IMG/VR virus record: IMGVR_UViG_2706795090_000001
Span: 2,709 to 66,708 of that record
DNA length: 64,000 nucleotides
Strand: one strand, 5' to 3'
Origin: a virus
Taxonomy: Duplodnaviria; Caudoviricetes
Below are positions 59,471 through 64,000 of this stretch, one piece after another (within the stretch, counting starts at the first letter, position 1; each line of letters begins with the position of its first letter). Both the position numbers and the translations under genes were made by a program. The notes below the pieces were generated by a model. The model saw only the letters and a program-made list of their open reading frames with translations, was not told the DNA's origin and searched no databases.

Positions 59471-62400
59471 ATGAAACTAATTAAAACCAAACATGTGAAA
59501 TACTCTTCACCAAAATTCCCACTACCTTTAAATCCTTTTAGTGGGGCTTACCAATTATGGGAAAGATACTCTTTAACGGAATTTACTTATGAGCTTAATT
59601 AAAACTCGCCCTTACCAAGGACAACTTAACCTGTACCAACCCAAACGATTAATAAAATATTACGATAATTTTTATGAATTATGGGGTGTTGATTACCTAG
59701 TGGAATTTAAATATGCAGTTAATTAAAACCAATGTTGAAAAGTATCCTAGTCCTTTATTTAAACCGCATAATTTAGCACCGCAATTCCAACATGAATATG
59801 ATCTATGGGGTACTAACTTTTTAGTGGAATTTGAATATGTACCTAACCAAGAATAGATATGCCTTTGGAGTAACCAATAGGTATTTCACTAAGATAACTA
59901 AACATGTAATTGGTGGTTACTGTTTTGATACCTTTGATGGAAGGAGATTACTTATAAATGACATTACATAAAGTAACTAAACAAACTAAAGTTTACACTG
60001 AATATACCTATTACGTGTACGGTACTTTTCCGATTGCTTACAATATATTTTTTGAAAGGTTAACCTACTAATGAAACTACTAAATACCTATGAAAAGAAA
60101 GCATTGAAACCACTTAAAGATGTTTTATCTTTTTGGTACTTAGATAAGTGGTATGTACAAGAATTGTATAAGACACCAGCAAGATAGATGAGTTTTAATA
60201 AATTTTGGAGCATTACTGAATTTGATAAATTCACTAACCCACAAGACCAGTATAGATGGACAATTAGAACCAAATGAAATTATATAAATCAACGGAAGGT
60301 TCATGGGCACTTTCTTACACAATTACATCTATAAATAGAATTTTATTTATAGATAGCCTAGGAGTTTACTACGCATGAAACTAGTACAAACTTATTCAAC
60401 AAAATCAGATTTAAAACAGTTAATTGGGTTCAAAATAAAATATTTAGATACTTGGTTTACTGTATTTAAATTCGAAATAGAACCTTCTTACAACCGGTAT
60501 ATACCTCTCCTTATTTATCCAATACTTAAGGGAACTACTTGGAGTGATTTCGGTGAAACTGCATGAACTAGATAAACCAAAAGAGATAATTGGTATATGG
60601 AAGTATTACTACTTACCTAAGTACCATGTAAGAGTTTACATAAGTGAATTAATTGGTGCAGTTGGTTTAGGTAACTAATATGACTTTACACAAGACAATT
60701 CAAAATAAACCAGATGTATTTGTAATATACAAAGGAAAATGGATATGGCTCTTATAGAAACATATGACTACAACGGTATAGTACTTAAAGGGGAGAAACC
60801 ATACATACCTTACTTAGGTAGATGGTATACAGGTAATAAACAACTAAGATTATCTTTTAATCCTCACAGTCCTAACGCATTACTAAGAGTACACACATGG
60901 TAATACTCCCTACAACTAAAGGTATATTTATGAGTAAATTACTTATAGATGTACCTTATAAACTTAATACTTACTTATTTATCCTATGAAACTAGCACAC
61001 ACTTATAAACAATCTTTTTACATATTAAACTTTGTAGTCTCAGGATACTCTTCCACATTTTATATAAGAGGTAAACTCAAAACATTTACATATACTCCTT
61101 CAGAGTTCTTTAAACTATATTGTAAACCTTACCCTAGATTTACAAAAGAGATGAACCAATGAGATTACTTAAACAAAGAACTAAATACTCTACTCAGAAG
61201 GAACCAACATTATTAGTAAAAGTCATTAAACCTTTCTATTTATATCATTCCAATTCTGTCACGGTAACATTTAAATATGAGATTAATTAGAACTAGAGTA
61301 ATTGATTATTTATTTCTTTCACCTGAACCAAGATTAATAAAACTAAATCAACGTTATACCATTGGTTCAGGCAGGTCAGATTACTACTTCCAATGGGAAC
61401 CAATATGAGATTAATTAAACCATACAAACAATCCGATAGTCATAGTAGTTCAAATATAAAATTACATTGGGTTGTATGGAATATTTATACACTTACTATT
61501 AACTACCAATGGAGAGCTTTCTACTATGTCCCTAATAAAAACTAACCAAACTTCAAATGGTAATCTTGATTTTGGTTATAAATATCAGTATTGGGTTTAT
61601 AGATTAAAAGAAGGTAGATTACTATGAAATTAATAAAATCACTTAAACCATTAACTAATTATGTGTTAAAAGATTCTAGGTTATATAAAAGTAACCCGGT
61701 AATGGATAGATATATATTAACTAATGGTTGGTTAACTTATAGGTACAATTATGAAATTAATTAAACATTACAAAGATCAACTTAACTTTATTCAATATAC
61801 TCAAACGTATTTAGCTAAGTATAGTAGTGATACTGGATTTATCCTTGTACTCAACTCAGGTAACTATTCTAAGTGGTACTTGAACCAATGAAGCTAACAG
61901 ATACTTACATAAATAATGGTAATGTTAATCCTAAGACATGTATTTGGTTTAGGGTTAATAGTTACTACTTAGCTTTTCCTTTTAGAAGTAATACTGCACC
62001 AAACCAACTAAGAGTAGCTGAAGGATTTGGTTATAGAACTTGGGATTATTGGTTAGAAGATAAATCCATACTTAAATTAACTAAACAAGAAGGAGAAGAA
62101 TTATGCAATTAATTGAGACTTACACTAGTGCTAAAGGTATTCCTATTTGGTTTAAATTTAATAGCGATTCTTTTTTACAGAGGCAATTTGAAAAGTTAAA
62201 GATTACCGGTAATGGTGCTAGTGAGTTAAGTACTTGGAAACGTGTAGGGGTACTTAAGAAACCAACAGGTAAAACATGGGGTGAATTATGCAATTGATTG
62301 GTAACTACACTAGTGATACGAAGGTATGTATTTGGATTCCATATAGAACAGACCATTATGGTTTTAGATTTAATAAAACTTTAATTACACATCTAACTTT

Positions 62401-62676
62401 TAGAGCGACACAAGTAAGTAGCGATTTATTTGAGTATTGGTTAGATTCAAAATCTATTTACAAACCAACAAAAGAAGAATGGAAAGAGATATGCAGTTGA
62501 TACACAACTATACTAATTCACGTAAAAAAGTTATGTGGTTTAATTACCTAGATATAGTGTACGCCTATAACAGTTATCAGATAGTACAACCTAATGTAAC
62601 TACCACACTTTTAAACTCATGGTTAAATTCAGATAGATTTAATAAACTTAAAAATATAGTTGATAGTCTCGCGTAA
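59471..62676 (+). repeat. tandem array of about 23 overlapping MKL-family microprotein genes
   Basis: starts at 59471, 59589, 59713, 59837, 59958, 60071, 60274, 60375, 60553 (GTG), 60680, 60745, 60897, 60986, 61159, 61277, 61405, 61526, 61624, 61751, 61888, 62103, 62288, 62491. Confidence 0.75.
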
Positions 62677-62815
62677 AGAATAGATAAAATAATTTTTAAG
62701 ACCCCTTTTAAGGAAATATTAAAATTAAGTAAAGATGCAGTACTCCCATTTCCAGCTCACAAAATCCAAGCATACCCCCCGGTACCTCAGAGCTAGCTAT
62801 ACCAAACACATACAC

Positions 62816-62838
62816 ATTCCTTCGGAATACCTGTGGAA
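62816..62838 (+). promoter_or_regulatory. candidate virion-RNAP hairpin promoter
   Basis: ATTCC-TTC-GGAAT followed by ACCTGTGGAA; same spacing as the element at 330. Confidence 0.65.
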
Positions 62839-62872
62839 ATTAATCCGTTCATTTAACCATAGGAACTTCACC

Positions 62873-63094
62873 ATGAAACATCTAATTGCAGCACTAACTC
62901 TAACCCTCACTACTCTGTTCTCAGTATTCACTACTCTACTTGAGTGCATTGGTTTGCTATCTACTTCAGCTAAGAATGTAGCTCACGTAGTAGAAGATGC
63001 ATCAAATACATTCCGTATGGAAGAGAAACTGTTGAATGCTGATAAAATCAAGAAGCTTCAACAAGAGCTTAATGCTAAAGAAATTGAGCTATAA
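62873..63094 (+). CDS. early hypothetical protein (N4 gp1 position)
   Basis: AGGA RBS before MKHLIAAL; lies between the hairpin element and a terminator. Confidence 0.6.
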   Translation: MKHLIAALTLTLTTLFSVFTTLLECIGLLSTSAKNVAHVVEDASNTFRMEEKLLNADKIKKLQQELNAKEIEL

Positions 63095-63098
63095 CTAT

Positions 63099-63128
63099 TG
63101 GACTCTTCGGAGTCCTTTAGTTCTTTTA
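63099..63128 (+). terminator. intrinsic terminator
   Basis: GGACTC-TTCG-GAGTCC followed by T-rich tail. Confidence 0.75.
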
Positions 63129-63187
63129 CACATTACATAACACAGAGATAGTTTATCTATCTTTAAGAGGAACCAAATGACATTACG

Positions 63188-63685
63188 TTAGGTAAACAAC
63201 ATAGATGCTTCGTAGATTTCCTCATAACTCTTAGTTGCCATTACTTCTTCCCAAGAAGATAAACCAAAGTGTTTTGTAATTGCAGCACGAGTTATATCTG
63301 TAGTATTACCTCTCTTAAGGTTCTCTACTTCAGCATTGTTCATCTGAACCAATACTTTGCCTAGAATAGTCTTAGTAAACTTCTGTCCAGTTTGATAGTT
63401 AGAATAGGTAACTGTCTTCATGTAACCAGTAGCAATTAGTTTACGTCTTACATCAGCAGTCTTACGTGCAGACCAGCCAATCAACTCACCAATTACCTTA
63501 TCATCTAAGTTAACATTACGTACATGTGACTTACATAGGTAATGGTCAAACAAATAGAACCCATCTAAACCAACTTCCTTAACTAGTTCAGATTTCTCCT
63601 CACGAGTTAGGTAGTCACGTGTAGATTTAGCATTATCTTTAGATGCAAACTCTATGATACTACTGGTTAATTCAGGTTTGTTCAT
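63188..63685 (-). CDS. winged-helix DNA-binding protein (replication-initiator-like)
   Basis: AAGGAGG RBS; DKVIGELIGWSARKTADVRRKLIATGYM HTH-wing pattern. Confidence 0.6.
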   Translation of the reverse strand: MNKPELTSSIIEFASKDNAKSTRDYLTREEKSELVKEVGLDGFYLFDHYLCKSHVRNVNLDDKVIGELIGWSARKTADVRRKLIATGYMKTVTYSNYQTGQKFTKTILGKVLVQMNNAEVENLKRGNTTDITRAAITKHFGLSSWEEVMATKSYEEIYEASMLFT

Positions 63686-63749
63686 ATTACCTCCTTAATT
63701 TATGTAAACTATTTAAAGAGTATTACACTACCAGTAAGGTAAGTCAACG

Positions 63750-63828
63750 TTACACGATTCGTGTAAACCAAAGCTCTTAATTACATAAATCACGTATCTT
63801 TATCTAAGTCGTTACGTAAATCGTGTAA
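63750..63828. repeat. three phased 17-bp palindromic boxes
   Basis: TTACACGATTCGTGTAA (63750), TTACATAAATCACGTAT (63781), TTACGTAAATCGTGTAA (63812); 31-bp period. Confidence 0.7.
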
Positions 63829-64000
63829 CACCTAAATTAGCTCAAACCCTTGTGTCATAAGGCTTCAGAGGGTGTTTGAACCAAAAGGTACCCTTATAAT
63901 ATTTATATAATATACCTAGTATTTACCTGTATAAATATACATACCTCTAAAACTCTCTGTATGCTTCTATATGAGGAGATAGTAGAGAGATAGGGGATAG

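Noticed and set aside
59471-62676. CRISPR array or DGR as an explanation for the periodic region
   Set aside because: No identical direct repeats, no cas or reverse-transcriptase gene in the window, and the units are open reading frames of variable length
5003-63128. CTTCGG hairpins at 5003, 13354, 48204 and 63099 as vRNAP promoters
   Set aside because: They have 4-nt UUCG loops with T-tails after stop codons, so they are terminators

Overview
Near-complete genome of an AT-rich N4-like podophage (Schitoviridae). It is probably a vibriophage, which is inferred from gene content only. The assembly appears circularly permuted, with early genes running from ~62.8 kb round to position 1. The N4 hallmarks are present: a two-subunit RNA polymerase II, a 3240-aa virion RNA polymerase, AAA ATPase plus vWA protein, helicase, family A DNA polymerase, exonuclease, primase, Sak4, SSB, RusA, and a minus-strand virion block (capsid, portal, fibres, terminase). 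Four group I introns, each with an HNH-type homing endonuclease, split RNAP2, the AAA ATPase and the DNA polymerase (twice); their splice sites can be read from the sequence. Signals not explained by standard annotation: (1) about 36 microprotein genes sharing the N-terminal motif M-[KQRST]-L-[ILH]-x-T-Y, about 23 of them in one overlapping array at 59.5-62.7 kb; (2) six triloop-hairpin+GTG elements resembling virion-RNAP promoters, four of them internal; (3) two structured non-coding loci at 11.3-11.8 and 12.9-13.2 kb; (4) a winged-helix gene with three phased 17-bp boxes and an AT-rich tract; (5) a probable ATT start codon for the DNA polymerase. No database searches or folding programs were run.
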